Source: Octopus bimaculoides (Eukaryota). From it: a stretch of 64,000 nt of DNA. Position 1 is the stretch's first letter; each line of letters begins with the position of its first letter. The translations under genes were made by a program, and so were the position numbers. The notes below the pieces were generated by a model. It saw only the letters and a list, made by a program, of their open reading frames with translations. It had not been told where the DNA came from and made no database searches. The stretch covers positions 29,179,270 through 29,243,269 of the forward strand of contig NC_068988.1 of NCBI RefSeq assembly GCF_001194135.2. The letters run 5' to 3'. This document shows, one piece after another, positions 1 to 12,400 of the stretch.

Positions 1-332
1 ACACACACACACACATATATATGTACATATATACGACGGGCTTCTTTCAGTTTCCCTCTACGAAATCCACTCACAAGGCTTTGGTCGGCCCGAGGCAATA
101 GTAGAAGACACTTGCCCAAGGTGCCACGCAGTAGGACTGAATCCGGAACCATGTGGTTGGTAAGCAAGCTACTTACCACACAGCCACTCCTGCGCATATA
201 CACACATGTGTACATAGACATATACATATATCGCGTGGATGTTATTGTTGTTGTGATAGCTGGTTGATAAATGAAAAATGTGTTTCTTGGGATGCGTATT
301 GAAGTAACTGTAGATGTGTGTATGCCTGTATA

Positions 333-372
<40 letters not shown>

Positions 373-987
373 CATATACAAATATATATACATGTCTGCG
401 TGTCTGTGTTTGTCCCCATCACAGTTTGACAACCGATGCTAGTGTGTTTATGTCCCTTTAAGCTTGCGGTTCACCAAAGGAGACCGATAGAATAAGTATC
501 AGGCTTTAAAAAAATCTATTGTGGTCGATTCATACATACGTATATACATAAACACGCACAGACAGCCGTACACACATGAACATACGCGTATGTGTGTGCG
601 TATGATTAAATACGCATACGTGTGTGTGCTTATATGAGAATGTGTGTGTGTGTATTAAAACAATTACTACCATTACTACTACTACTACTACTACGAAAGT
701 AACAGACGCTACCGCTACAACTTATGAAGCGATAGCGTTATTAGACTTGTTATTTTTGTTGTCCTCAAAATTCTTTGTTTTCCTTTTCTTTAGCAAATAT
801 ATGTAAGTGCTTTTAATAATTCATTAAGTGGGGGAATCAATGCAGCCAATGTTGGCTTCGTAGACGGACACTTTGCTTAGGCATCTCTGTGTTTGTGTAT
901 CGGTGTCCTTTATCTAACTGTAAGAATAATCCAAACATCGTGATGTGTACGCACACACACACATATATACGCATATGCACACACACA

Positions 988-1030
<43 letters not shown>

Positions 1031-1779
1031 NNNNNNNNNNNNNNNNNNNNNNNNNNNNNNNNNNNNNNNNNNNNNNNNNNNNNNNNNNNNNNNNNNNNNN
1101 NNNNNNNNNNNNNNNNNNNNNNNNNNNNNNNNNNNNNNNNNNNNNNNNNNNNNNNNNNNNNNNNNNNNNNNNNNNNNNNNNNNNNNNNNNNNNNNNNNNN
1201 NNNNNNNNNNNNNNNNNNNNNNNNNNNNNNNNNNNNNNNNNNNNNNNNNNNNNNNNNNNNNNNNNNNNNNNNNNNNTATATATATATATATAATACAAAG
1301 AATATATATGCATGTATACACACATATATGTACATACTTACATCTACATGTGTATATAGATGCATATCAAGGTACAGGACGTTAGAACAATGAACTACAG
1401 ACAACGGGGCGAACACATAGGAAAACAGATAGCCACTTGGAATTAATCCTTCGTCAGCTGCCTCTATTCTAACTAGACGGATTTGGTGATACCTACACCT
1501 AGCGATCATAGTAATAGCAGCAACATCGACAGAAACGCCAGCACTGACGCCAACAACCCCGACACCAGCGCTACGGCCAGAGATGCCGACACCAGCAGCA
1601 CCAGCGAAGCTACCGGCTCCACGCCCAGTATTACCAACGACAGCAGCCACATTACCATCGGTGACAGCAGCACCAACGTGACGACCAGCAATGACCACTA
1701 CAACGTCAACAGCCACAGCTCCAGCAACACCAGCGGCGAAAGAAACATCTCCAGGCTAACCGAGGATACGTCAGAAATG

Positions 1780-2190
1780 TGAAGACAACCAACACTCAAG
1801 CCTGGAAATATATTGGGGCAGTCAGGACTGCCTTCAAACGGCGCTTGTAAAACCACAATTCCTCGTTTAAGATTTCAGAAAAACGATTCATCACATCCTT
1901 GATACCTTAAAGATGAAAGGATCCCATACGATATCAAGTGGAGGATAATAGAGCGGCCGGGATCCTACAATAACGGGAGCAGACGCTACAAATCTTGCAT
2001 AGCTGAGCGATCAAGGGTCCTTAAAGACTCCTTGAAACCAGAATTACTGAACTCTCACCAGGAAATTTATAGTCCCTTTATCCATTGTCTGCTGCAAGCA
2101 TGGGACCTCCTGTTCATCGATTTAACACCGATTTAACACCGGAGTTTCGAAGAGCTGGATAGGACGCATCGTTAAAACGGCTCTTCCCAT
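1780..2190 (+). mobile_element. Penelope-like element relic, GIY-YIG endonuclease C-terminus (stop + frameshift)
   Basis: KYIGAVRTAFKRRL*NHNSSF...LKDERIPYDIKWRIIERPGSYNNGSRRYKSCIAE resembles the PLE GIY-YIG pattern YIG.T...FK.R...H..SF...IKW.I......Y......C.LC..E. It is preceded by a Ser/Thr/Asn-rich linker-like stretch (1483-1782). Confidence 0.65.
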
Positions 2191-2924
2191 GGACCGCAAA
2201 TTAAATTTGTATACACAAATTAAACCTTGCCATGGAGGAATGTAGTGGCGGACAAAAAACAAGACAGGAAAACAAACAGAAAAGGCTATACGGCCAGACG
2301 GGAAAAATTATGTGTGTATGAACGCTGTGAGGCACGAACTTGAAAGTGGGGACGAAGTAAGTTCGCGTGTTTGCTCGGCGATAGCCAAGGAAGAAAAGGA
2401 TTATTGACCGGAAGCATGTGACCATGCCGGTGTAAGGGGAAGAGAGAGAGTGGTAGAGGTAGAAACAAAGGGAGGAAGTAGAAGAATAGGTGAGCAACGA
2501 GAGGAAAGAGGAAGAGAGGAAGTACGAGGGGGGAAAAGAGATACGTAGTAGTAACAGAGGAAAAACGATAGGGGTAAATATATATATATATATAACAGTA
2601 TCACAGTATTGACCAGACTATCAAATGCTGTTATACACCGCTGGTCACAATGCGCGTCCAATTCTGTCTTGATTGTGCCATTCTTTTCCAGCTTGACCCA
2701 AATTGCTTTATTAAACCACTGTCCCATCGTCGTAGAGGTCGCCCAAGTGGCCTTTACCAACATCTTGGTTACTACTCGGCAACTACACGGGTTCACCTGT
2801 TACATGCGAATACTGCGACATGTCCGGTCCAGCAGAGATTTTGTTTTCAATATTCTGCGAGCCTATCAACCACTCAGCTCCATTCTCTAATGTGATATTC
2901 GAAATACACATGCATACATACATA

Positions 2925-3260
2925 TGCAACTAAACCAGAAACCCTTGAACAAGTATTTACTCCAACCAAAATTCGGATCCCTATGAAAACCTAGCATACA
3001 GTATCAATGTATTGTATTATACAACAAACCAACTATAGACCAAGAAACAAAGGACCCTTAAAGTTCAACCTTACAAGAGCTAGATTCAATGAAGGACAAC
3101 TTATAACCATATGAAAACAAAATACAAAAAATTCAGTCACCATGAACATCAAACAAATATATGTGTCTATCATCAGCTGCCTAACGGATATCATTATGAT
3201 TTCAACACCTTGGTATTTAATCTGACGGTGTCAATAGCGCTAAAGCCATAAACTTTTCTA
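2925..3260 (+). mobile_element. Possible second, highly decayed Penelope GIY-YIG relic
   Basis: Broken frames give LEQVFTPTKIRIP and HQLPNGYHYDFNTLVF, loosely like PLE endonuclease motifs. Confidence 0.25.
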
Positions 3261-4313
3261 GGAACGAACAGACAAGAAGTTGGCGCAAGAATTAGCGCAA
3301 TATATTCTTTACATCTACACCTACTTTTGTTACAAATACAAACATTAATTCTCACACATAAATCGTTTCGTATATATATATATATATAGCTACGAAGCCC
3401 AGTAATTAAAATGCAAAATGAAGAAAAGAGAAAAAATATCATGAAAATGGACATTGCCACCTCAAGAATTATAACACTTAAGAACGACAGAACATTAAAA
3501 CGAATTAGCAAACTAAACGTATTGAACAAAAAGTATTGGACACTGAAGAAGTCACACTTTGCTAATACATAAAACAGGAAATAATGATGATAATAATAAT
3601 AATACTCGACCTCGAACTGTAACCAGAAAGATTAATTTAAGAGCATAAACTAACAGTTAATGCTACCCAACAATTTATAACACATATTTAAAATACGGAA
3701 ACAATTAAAACGAACCTATATATTTTCTAGAACCTCCTTTTCACTATCTCTTTACGTGCAATTGTCTTATATCTATATATGTGTGATAGTGTCCGCGCGT
3801 GTGTGTGGGTATATAAAATTACATATATATATATATAATGTGTGTGCCAAGATGCCGCTGTCATCGCGTATAAGACCGCTTAGTATGATGATATTCAACA
3901 GATTTTGTAGAGCTAAATATTGTTTTGTGGTATCATATGTTGTTATAAAAACAAGGGGTCTCTATGGCTCAAATTTCATGCCCAGAGCAAACGCTTGCAC
4001 GTAGCAATCATCAGATGGGTTTTAAAACGACCAAGTTTCGTGCACTATTGAATGTAGTATACCATCACAAACGTATGAGTATGTATGTGTATATGTATGT
4101 GTCAAAGAGAAGAAAGGCAGAGCAATACTGTATGCATTAATCGTACTTCAATTATACTTTTTCTCTGTCTCTCTCTCTCCAACTCTATCCGTCTCTATCT
4201 CCCTCTTTCCCCCGTTTTCCGCTTTTATTTTTAATCTCTTCACAGTTTTAAGTTATTTCTTACTGTATCCCTTTTATTTCATCTATCAGCCGCTATTTTA
4301 CTTCCATTTCTGT

Positions 4314-4726
4314 ATGGCACGAGCAGAGTAAGAAGTTGCTGTATATTCAAGCATCTAAAATATAAGACTAATCGAATCCGCAAACAAACAAAAAACAGAC
4401 AATAATCATAAAACTAATTAAATACATTTATAGATCGACAGGTTAATCGATAACTAATGCAGTAAATATACGCAACATAAATATATAAATAAAAGTCTTT
4501 TTAGAATGCGGTTCAAAAACAACAATTGACTAAAACGTACGTTTTTAAATCAAAAATAATTTTCTTTAGCATGTTGAATTCAATTTAATTTCTTTTGAAT
4601 TCCATAGAATATTGCTTTCGTCAAACGATTCTATATCTACCAATATATTGAGAGAGAAAAAAGCCATAAAAAATGAAATGTCTGCAGAAGAATCAAAAAT
4701 AAATGAAGAAAGGTTCAGTTTAGAAG
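4314..4726 (+). CDS. Tentative two-exon start of an unidentified plus-strand gene (4314-4327 + 4608-4726)
   Basis: ATG GCA CGA GCA GA|GTAAGA, then a pyrimidine tract and TAG| opening a 119-nt open exon that ends at GTAAGT. Phases match: MARAEILLSSNDSISTNILREKKAIKNEMSAEESKINEERFSLE. No homology recognised. Confidence 0.3.
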
Positions 4727-4734
4727 GTAAGTTT

Positions 4735-5083
4735 TATATATACATATATATACTGTTATAGCGTCTTCCCATGTGTGTGTATGTGTCTATATATGTGTGT
4801 GTGTATATGTGTGTATGTGAATATGTATATATATATATATACACATATATATGTATATATACACACACATATTTATATATATACATACACATATGTATAT
4901 ATACAAACATATATATGCATATATATATATACACACACACACACACATGTGTATATATATGCACACACATATATATATACACCTATGAGTATATATATAT
5001 GTATATATATATATGCACACATATATATATACACACATATATATTACATATAATACATATACGCATATATTTATATATTATAC

Positions 5084-5129
<46 letters not shown>

Positions 5130-5310
5130 CGTATGTGTGTATGTGTGTGTATATGTAAGTATATATGTACATTGGTATATATACATATGTATAGGTTCTT
5201 TCATTGGAATTTCAACATCTACAACGCTATTTTTGTATGTATGTATGTTTTATGTATGTATTCTCATGCATATAGTTACATATCTAGATATGCTCATATA
5301 TATTGAAATG
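4735..5310. repeat. Compound (TA)n/(CA)n/(TG)n microsatellite field, representative of many
   Basis: Direct reading. Similar fields at 12320-12630 (CT/CTAT), 19425-19655, 30423-30552, 54760-54960 (GATA-like), 55890-55940 (TAA), 63720-63900 (GGT/GAT). Confidence 0.95.
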
Positions 5311-6180
5311 ATAAAGTTCTGGAAAGTTTTACAGATTTCTACCGTTCCATTAATGGATTGGATCTGTAGTCTTCGAATCAGCTTTCTCTTTTCTGGTTTT
5401 GAGAAACCTAATTTCTCAAGATTCATATTTAGGCAGCGTGTTACATATCCCAGGGCCCCAATAATTACAGATATAAACCTGAACTTGTAATCTGGATAGA
5501 GTAACTACAGATTTCTGAATAGTTCAGTATAGGTGTTCCCTTTTTCACTGATCTTTAGCTTTATGTTATCATCCGCTGGGCAGCTAATTTCCACAACTGT
5601 GCACAGTTTCTCTTCTCTATCCCAAATCATTATATCAGGTCTGTTGTGCTTGCATTTTACTAAAGTTTCACTGGTACATTCCACCAGTATTCCTTTTCAC
5701 TATGACTGGCTATGCTTTCTACCATATTGTGGGTTCTTATTTCTTTGTCCTCGGGATTATCCTTCCGACGGATTTCATTATAGAGTCCTAGCTACAACGT
5801 CATGTCTCTTCAGTAGATAGTACCGTGATGACATTTTTGGACAACTGTTTATGATGTGGGTGGTATCTTCAGTATGAACTCCACAAAGTCTGCATCGGTT
5901 GTCACATTTTACGGCTTTTCCTGTATCTCTATCCCTTTTGTGCATCAGATACTTGGTTGATATATCCTGTTCCTGGATTGCAAACGCATACCCTTTAAAG
6001 TGGGAGGTAGTAATCCGGCTGTCTGTCCATGATAAACTGCTTTGATTATCCATGTTACTGTCATCACGGAGCTTTCTACTAACATATCCATGCATAGTCT
6101 TCTGCTCATATAGGCTCATCTTTTTATCTGATGATACGTTGCGGTAGAATCGTGCGACTTCTTTTGATATTCAAGAAAGT
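5310..6180 (-). mobile_element. R4/Dong-type non-LTR retrotransposon 3' fragment (CCHC knuckle + REL endonuclease), degenerate
   Basis: AIQEQDISTKY...CRLCGVHTEDTTHIINSCPKMSSRYYLLKRHD; downstream broken frames give HNRPDIMIWD and VEISCPAD (PD-D/ExK nuclease). Confidence 0.85.
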
Positions 6181-6321
6181 AAAAATCCTATATTTTTAGG
6201 CAGGAGGCAACTATGGAACTGCATTTCGGTTTCCTTATTCGTGCGTCTGTTTCAAGTCAGGTCAGAACAGGATAAGCTATCCCTATTTCGCAGAAAAAAG
6301 TGTTGGCGGCCGAGAGGTAGC

Positions 6322-6452
6322 TTATCCTGTTCAGGCTATATTATTAGCATTATCCTGCGTTTGAGAATTTAAAATCACTTCTTTAACTTTCTAAGACATC
6401 TCAACGCTTCTAAAAGCAAACTTCGTTTGTTTGTTTACGTTCATCGTAATTT
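6322..6452. repeat. About 130-bp dispersed repeat, second copy at 32657-32787
   Basis: Near-identical TTATCCTGTTCAGGCTATATTATTAGCATT...AAAAGCAAACTT in both places. Confidence 0.85.
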
Positions 6453-7265
6453 AAATTATATATGTGTGTATGTGTGTGTGTGTATCTATTTGTGTCAGTG
6501 TTTGACCCCACCATTGCTTGACAACCTATGCTGGTGTGTTTACATCCCCGTCACTTAGCGGTTCAGCAAAAGAAACCGATAGAATAAGTACTAGGCTTAC
6601 AAAGAATAAGTCCTGGGGTCGATTTGTTCGACTCAAGGTGGTGCTCCAGCATGACCGCAGTCAAATGACTGAAACAAATAAAAGAATGGGCTGCTGCTGT
6701 GTTAAACTAAATCAAAAATTATTTGAGAAATAAAATTTTTTAGACACTTTCAATAACTAATAAAATACAAACACAAATTATGATTTACCAAGCAAACTGA
6801 TAGCAAAAAACAAAAACAACCGTTTTTACACGAATCAATTACATACAAAGATTAAAAGACTGCAACCGATGACACACTATTCAAAGCATCAGGTTAAAAC
6901 ATATAAAAACTAATGAAATAATGTATACACCCCCCCCCNNNNNNNNNNNNNNNNNNNNNNNNNNNNNNNNNNNNNNNNNNNNNNNNNNNNNNNNNNNNNN
7001 NNNNNNNNNNNNNNNNNNNNNNNNNNNNNNNNNNNNNNNNNNNNNNNNNNNNNNNNNNNNNNNNNNNNNNNNNNNNNNNNNNNNNNNNNNNNNNNNNNNN
7101 NNNNNNNNNNNNNNNNNNNNNNNNNNNNNNNNNNNNNNNNNNNNNNNNNNNNNNNNNNNNNNNNNNNNNNNNNNNNNNNNNNNNNNNNNNNNNNNNNNNN
7201 NNNNNNNNNNNNNNNNNNNNNNNNNNNNNNNNNNNNNNNNNNNNNNNNNNNNNNNNNNNNNNNNN

Positions 7266-7325
<60 letters not shown>

Positions 7326-7995
7326 GCAGATATGCGAATATACAAACATACATATTAACAAGAGAATTAATATACCTAGATAAATAAGAAAAATAATTCT
7401 CAAATATTGATATATATATACATACCCCAATATAAGTGTAAAAGAATGCACAAATATGCGCATATACATATATGTATGAGGGTGTATACAGACAGAGGGA
7501 GAGAGAAAGAAAGAGAAAGCGATATGTGTGTGTGTGTGTGTGTGTGTGAACATGCACACACACACACACATATATATTTATATATATATAAGTGCAAACC
7601 CAGACTTAACAAACTTTGACAGAGTACATAAACGCAGGCGTGGCTGTGTGGTAAGAAGCTTGCTTCTCAACCACATGGCTCCAGGTTCTGTTCCATTGCG
7701 TGGAACCTTGAGCAGGGCAAGTGTCTTCTACTATAACCTCGGGCCGACCAAAGCTATGTAGGTGGATTTTGTTGACCGAAACTGAAAGAAGGCCATTGCA
7801 TATATATACATATATATATATATANNNNNNNNNNNNNNNNNNNNNNNNNNNNNNNNNNNNNNNNNNNNNNNNNNNNNNNNNNNNNNNNNNNNNNNNNNNN
7901 NNNNNNNNNNNNNNNNNNNNNNNNNNNNNNNNNNNNNNNNNNNNNNNNNNTATATGCATACGTTTGTGTGTCTGTGTTTGTCCCCCCACCATCGC

Positions 7996-8133
7996 TTTGT
8001 TCAACAGTATGAGCCCCCTCTGAATAATGAGCTACAAGCTGTATTTCATAACGTATCTAGGTGCTTGGAAAAGAATCTTTCTTCAATGGTTGTCATTGAT
8101 GCACCAGGAGGAACAGGCAGGACATTTATCGCG
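7996..8133 (+). mobile_element. Helitron RepHel (Pif1-like helicase) motif I fragment
   Basis: LNNELQAVFHNV...MVVIDAPGGTGRTFI matches Helitron helicase LN.EQ..VY..V......F.DAPGGTGKTF; the catalytic Lys reads Arg. Confidence 0.65.
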
Positions 8134-8234
8134 ACAAAGAATTTGTACATCTCCGTGGTGCCAAAAGTGTGCCCAAGGACTTCCCACCCAAAACGTTGTA
8201 GTGTCCTCATGGTATTACATTTTTTTTTTGTGCA

Positions 8235-8550
8235 GGCGCGTAGCTTAGTGGTTAGAGCATTCGTCCCACGATCGAAAGGTCGTGAGTTCGATTCCTGGGG
8301 ATACGTTGTGTCCTTGAGCAGCAAGGCGTTTTATTTTTCACATTGCTCCAGTCCACTCAGCAGGCAAAAATGATTAGAACGTGTATTTCAAAGGGCCAAC
8401 CTTGTCACATTCTGTGTCACACTGATTATCCCCGAGGGTGCGTGTGCCTGTAGAGTGCTCAGTCACTTGTACGCTAATTTTCCAAGCGGGTTCTTCCATT
8501 GATCGGATCGACTGGAACCCTCGTCGACGTAACCAATGGAAACCCAGTTA
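8235..8550 (+). mobile_element. tRNA-derived SINE family with CORE-like body
   Basis: A box TAGCTTAGTGG and B box GTTCGATTCC, followed by TTGTGTCCTTGAGC. Relatives at 11850-12010, 27005-27290, 53637-53830, 62830-63030. Confidence 0.8.
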
Positions 8551-9145
8551 ACACTTTTAATCCTGATTGTTTGAATCTGATTGCTATTTGATACTCGAAC
8601 CCGGTTTCATTGGTTTCTCGGTACCGTAGTTGTCATCATCTTGTATTCTCACCACCACCACCACCGCATCGCTTTTCATCATCTCACTTCTTTCACTATC
8701 CAACCTATTGGACACCAACCACCGTCTCCCTGACCCACCTTCCCCTCCACCACTCCTGGAAGTAATTTTCTAAAAGCAGAAACGGCATTGCCACTTCAGC
8801 TATTCCATTTAGCACCCCACTCCACTTCTCTTTCCTTTTTCTACATTTCCTCTTTTCCTTTCTTTCTTCTTCTTCTTCTTTCTTTCGCTGGCTCATGGCT
8901 AATGCCAGTTTCTATTGTAATACCAGCAGGTGGTCAGTTAATCTTACGCGTCCGTGTATCTTCTGTATATCGTTCAACTACTTATATACTCGCGTCCATC
9001 TCCGGCGCAGAAGATTGTCTCTTTTTCTTATCCAGTTTGTTCTGTCCAACGAATAGGTCTGACATCAAGAAAATTACAGGAAGCTACTCTGCTGTGTAAA
9101 AATAAACTAAACTGAACTGACTCAATGAATTATATGTCAGACTGT

Positions 9146-9230
<85 letters not shown>

Positions 9231-9814
9231 CATACACATAGAAATACTTGCATACATATATGTATACGACGGGCTTTTTTCAGTTTCTGTGTATCAAAAC
9301 CTATCACAAGGGTTTGGTCGGCCTGGGGTTAAAGTAGAAAACTTACCCAAAGTGTCATGCAGAACCATTGGTTTGGGAAGCAAGCTTCCTACCACACAGT
9401 CACATTATGTGTGTGTGTGTATTTGATAGCAAAAAAAACAAAAAAAAACAGATTTTTCTTTTAAAATAATACATACATGAATATAAATGGATGTGTGTAT
9501 TTTCCCTTTGTTTACAATTAACACGGGAAAAAATAAATAAACAGTTAACAGGGCAGCAAAAAATCACACAAATAATAAGGACATAACACCCTGTTTGTAA
9601 AGGTAGAAACTCCGGGTTGAAACATATGTCGGAAGTAAAAGAATTCGAATAACACCTGCGTTTAACTCCATTTATTTATTTATACATACATACATACATA
9701 CACACACACATACATACATACATACATACATACATACATACATACATACATACATACATACAAACCAAAGAACTATGCTATCTATCCTGACATCTGCGAA
9801 TTCAAATATGAAAA

Positions 9815-10560
9815 TAAGTCCAACGTGACTACTCACGCTTCCATCTTTATTCCAGATGTAACTCCAAAACCTTTCACTTTCTTCGGCGTCTGATCTCTCA
9901 ATGCTGTTAACCTTTCCGTTCAGCTATTGATAAACCCTTTTCTGGTCTTCTTGGAACAATCTGTTGATTTTATATTGTTCAATTCTTTGGTCATATCTCT
10001 TCATCTTTGTCGCTTTAACTTGCAATCGTTTTTTCAGATCTTCAAGAATTACATATAACCCCGCTTTTTATTTATTCTATATCTACGTTTTAGTTCCTGA
10101 TATTTTTCTTCCCTCTTCATTTCACATTTTTCTTTCGTTCCAAGATGTTGATATGTTTTCGTAGTTCGTTCATTGATTGTTTTATTCTTCTTTTCCACTA
10201 AGGTTCTTTTTCTTCATTCCCACATTTACGGTTTGGTTTGAGGCCTACTTTATTTCCTATATAGATGATGCAGGCTTTAATCAATCTCTCCGTTCCGGTT
10301 ATACAATTTGTCTTGATTTCTTTCAGTATTTTATTCACCTTCAGGGTCAACCCACTGAGCAAATTTCTATCTACTTCCCTGAACCCATTTATTTCCATAT
10401 CCAGGTTTTCCTCAACGAAACTAGTAATGTCTTTAACCATTTCTTTGTCTTCATTATTTAGTTCTTCTCTACACTCAGTGCTTGAGACATTATACTTCTC
10501 TCGGTTACTCTCATTAAGTGCAGTATCTGCTTCTGTATCGCTCCTTGTATTTTCGGTCAT
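9815..10560 (-). mobile_element. R4/Dong-type LINE, N-terminal ORF region, degenerate
   Basis: ITGTERLIKACIIYIGNKVG...EP*WKRRI...[30 protein letters not shown]...DAEESERFWSYIW, the pre-RT region of R4-clade ORFs. Confidence 0.75.
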
Positions 10561-10573
10561 TATATTTATTATT

Positions 10574-11496
10574 GCCTTTGCACAGCCTCTAACGCTGGAG
10601 ATGTACTACGGTGTCAGCTGTTCACTACCAGTTAACTAATGTAACACCTATTATTTTTTGAGCACCTTCCGGAGTATTCGAGCGGTTCCAAGCAGTGCTG
10701 TTTTCTGCAAGTGCTCCACCCTTATTGCTGCCCCTATTTGTTCCACGAACTTCTCGATATTTTTGCTCACTGTTCCCAGGGCTTCGACAATTATTGGTAC
10801 TACTGCTACCTTTTTCATCGACCACAACTGCTTAACTTCCCAAGCTAATCTGTGATATTTCTCGATTTTTCTTTCTTCCTTATCGCATACCTTGTTGTCA
10901 GCTGGGCATGCTATGTCTATGATCCAGCATAGTTTGTTTTCTTTCTCAGTTAAGACTATGTCTGGCATCCTATTTTCTATCTCATGGTCGCACTGAATCA
11001 TAAAATCCCATAGGATCTTTGCATTTCTATTTCCGACGATGCCTTCAGGTTTGTGGTCGTACCAATTTTTTGCTCTGTCAAGTCCATATTTGTTGCAAAG
11101 TGTCCAATGGACAAGCCTGGCTATATTGTCGTGGCGTCTCTTATATTCTTTCTAGGCTAGTGGTGTACTTTTGACTGGTAACATGTCACACGGTTTCACC
11201 GTTTTGTCCACAGGTTCTGCGTTTATCGCTTTCTGCTGTGTTGTCTATTCGGCATTTTATGTAGTTTGTTCTTAGTGCTTGCTCTTGGGCAGCACAGATT
11301 AGAGCCTCCGTTTCCGGTTTTAAATCACTTTTAGTCATCCACAGCCATCTTTTTTCTGTCTTATTTTCAACAACCCTATGAAATTGACCATGCATTCTTA
11401 TCTTTAGCCACCTATTTTCAGTTTCATTCGTTTTCAATTTCTTGAATAATGCTTTATCTTTGCAATCTTTCAACCTGCACAAGCTTGACCTTCTTC

Positions 11497-11497
<1 letters not shown>
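10574..11497 (-). mobile_element. R4/Dong-type LINE, 5'-truncated copy (post-RT region, REL endonuclease, 3' UTR)
   Basis: MHGQF...LKPETEALICAAQEQALRTNY...; IQCDHEIENRMPDIVL...IIDIACPAD...EKYHRL...VVPIIVEALG...LQKTALLGTARILRKVL*; both ends abut TAA-type tracts. Confidence 0.9.
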
Positions 11498-11548
<51 letters not shown>

Positions 11549-11551
<3 letters not shown>

Positions 11552-11799
11552 TAGTTTTATTTTTATAACGTGCTTTCACTTCACTACCGAGCGCAGCTCT
11601 GTGCGCCTTGGGTATGTGCTGTGGTTTGCTGTGGTGCTCTTATGTTTACTGTATTGAAAGTGTTTTGCGTAGAATGTGTGCAGTACCCAGTAGTGCAATT
11701 TTCTGTATGTTATATATATTTGTAAGTCCTGGGGTTTTTGTTATGTATTTGTCTGAATATTTTTTTATTATACCTAAGGCACCTACTATGATAGGAATT
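11549..11799 (-). mobile_element. Short 5'-truncated R4/Dong-type copy of a second subfamily, embedded in (TAA)n
   Basis: IPIIVGALGIIKK...IQKIALLGTAHILRKTLSIQ* plus a distinct 3' UTR; (ATT)n at 11498-11548 and 11800-11848. Confidence 0.85.
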
Positions 11800-12366
11800 G
11801 TTATTATTATTATTATTATTAATAATATTATTATTACTATTATTATTATGAAAGCACATGGCTTAGTGGTTAGGGTGTCGTACTCACGATCGTTGTGTTC
11901 TTGAGCAAAACACTTCATCTCACTTTGCTCTGCTACCACTTTGACACCTGGCGCGTGGCACACTCGTGCACCTGTTCAGACAGCGTCGATTTGATTGTAG
12001 CGAGCGAACTAATGGGCGACACGAACATTCGATCACTATCAAAACAAATCATTTGTGCAGATCTCTCGGCAAAAGGCTGAACGCTCAGAATCAGGTTTTG
12101 AGTTCGAAGCGGCTCTAATAACGTAAGCATATCATAGAAATGGACCCGAGATACGGAAGGGTTTCCAGTATTGCAATGGAGTTAGAAGGAGGGCTTGCAA
12201 AACCTCTGCGTTACTCCTGCAGTTTCTACATGCGACAAAAGCATCTCTGATGTTTATTTCACCTTCACAGAAGTACGACGTTCACACTATCAAGCTTCTG
12301 GAACTCTTAGGGAGTACCTTTCCTTCTCTCTCTCTCTCTCTCTGTCTCTCTCCTTTTCTCTGTCTG

Positions 12367-12400
<34 letters not shown>

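Noticed and set aside
1483-1782. Ser/Thr/Asn-rich 99-aa ORF and the antisense Val/Gly/Ala-rich ORF as a mucin-like gene
   Set aside because: Low-complexity stretch directly upstream of a PLE endonuclease relic, with no splice signals; best read as element linker.
8235-8300. tRNA-like sequence with A and B boxes
   Set aside because: No complete cloverleaf or acceptor stem; it continues into a repeated SINE body found many times in the window.
8890-9100. GC-richer segment with 50-100 aa ORFs
   Set aside because: Stops in the plausible frames and no recognisable motifs; left unassigned.
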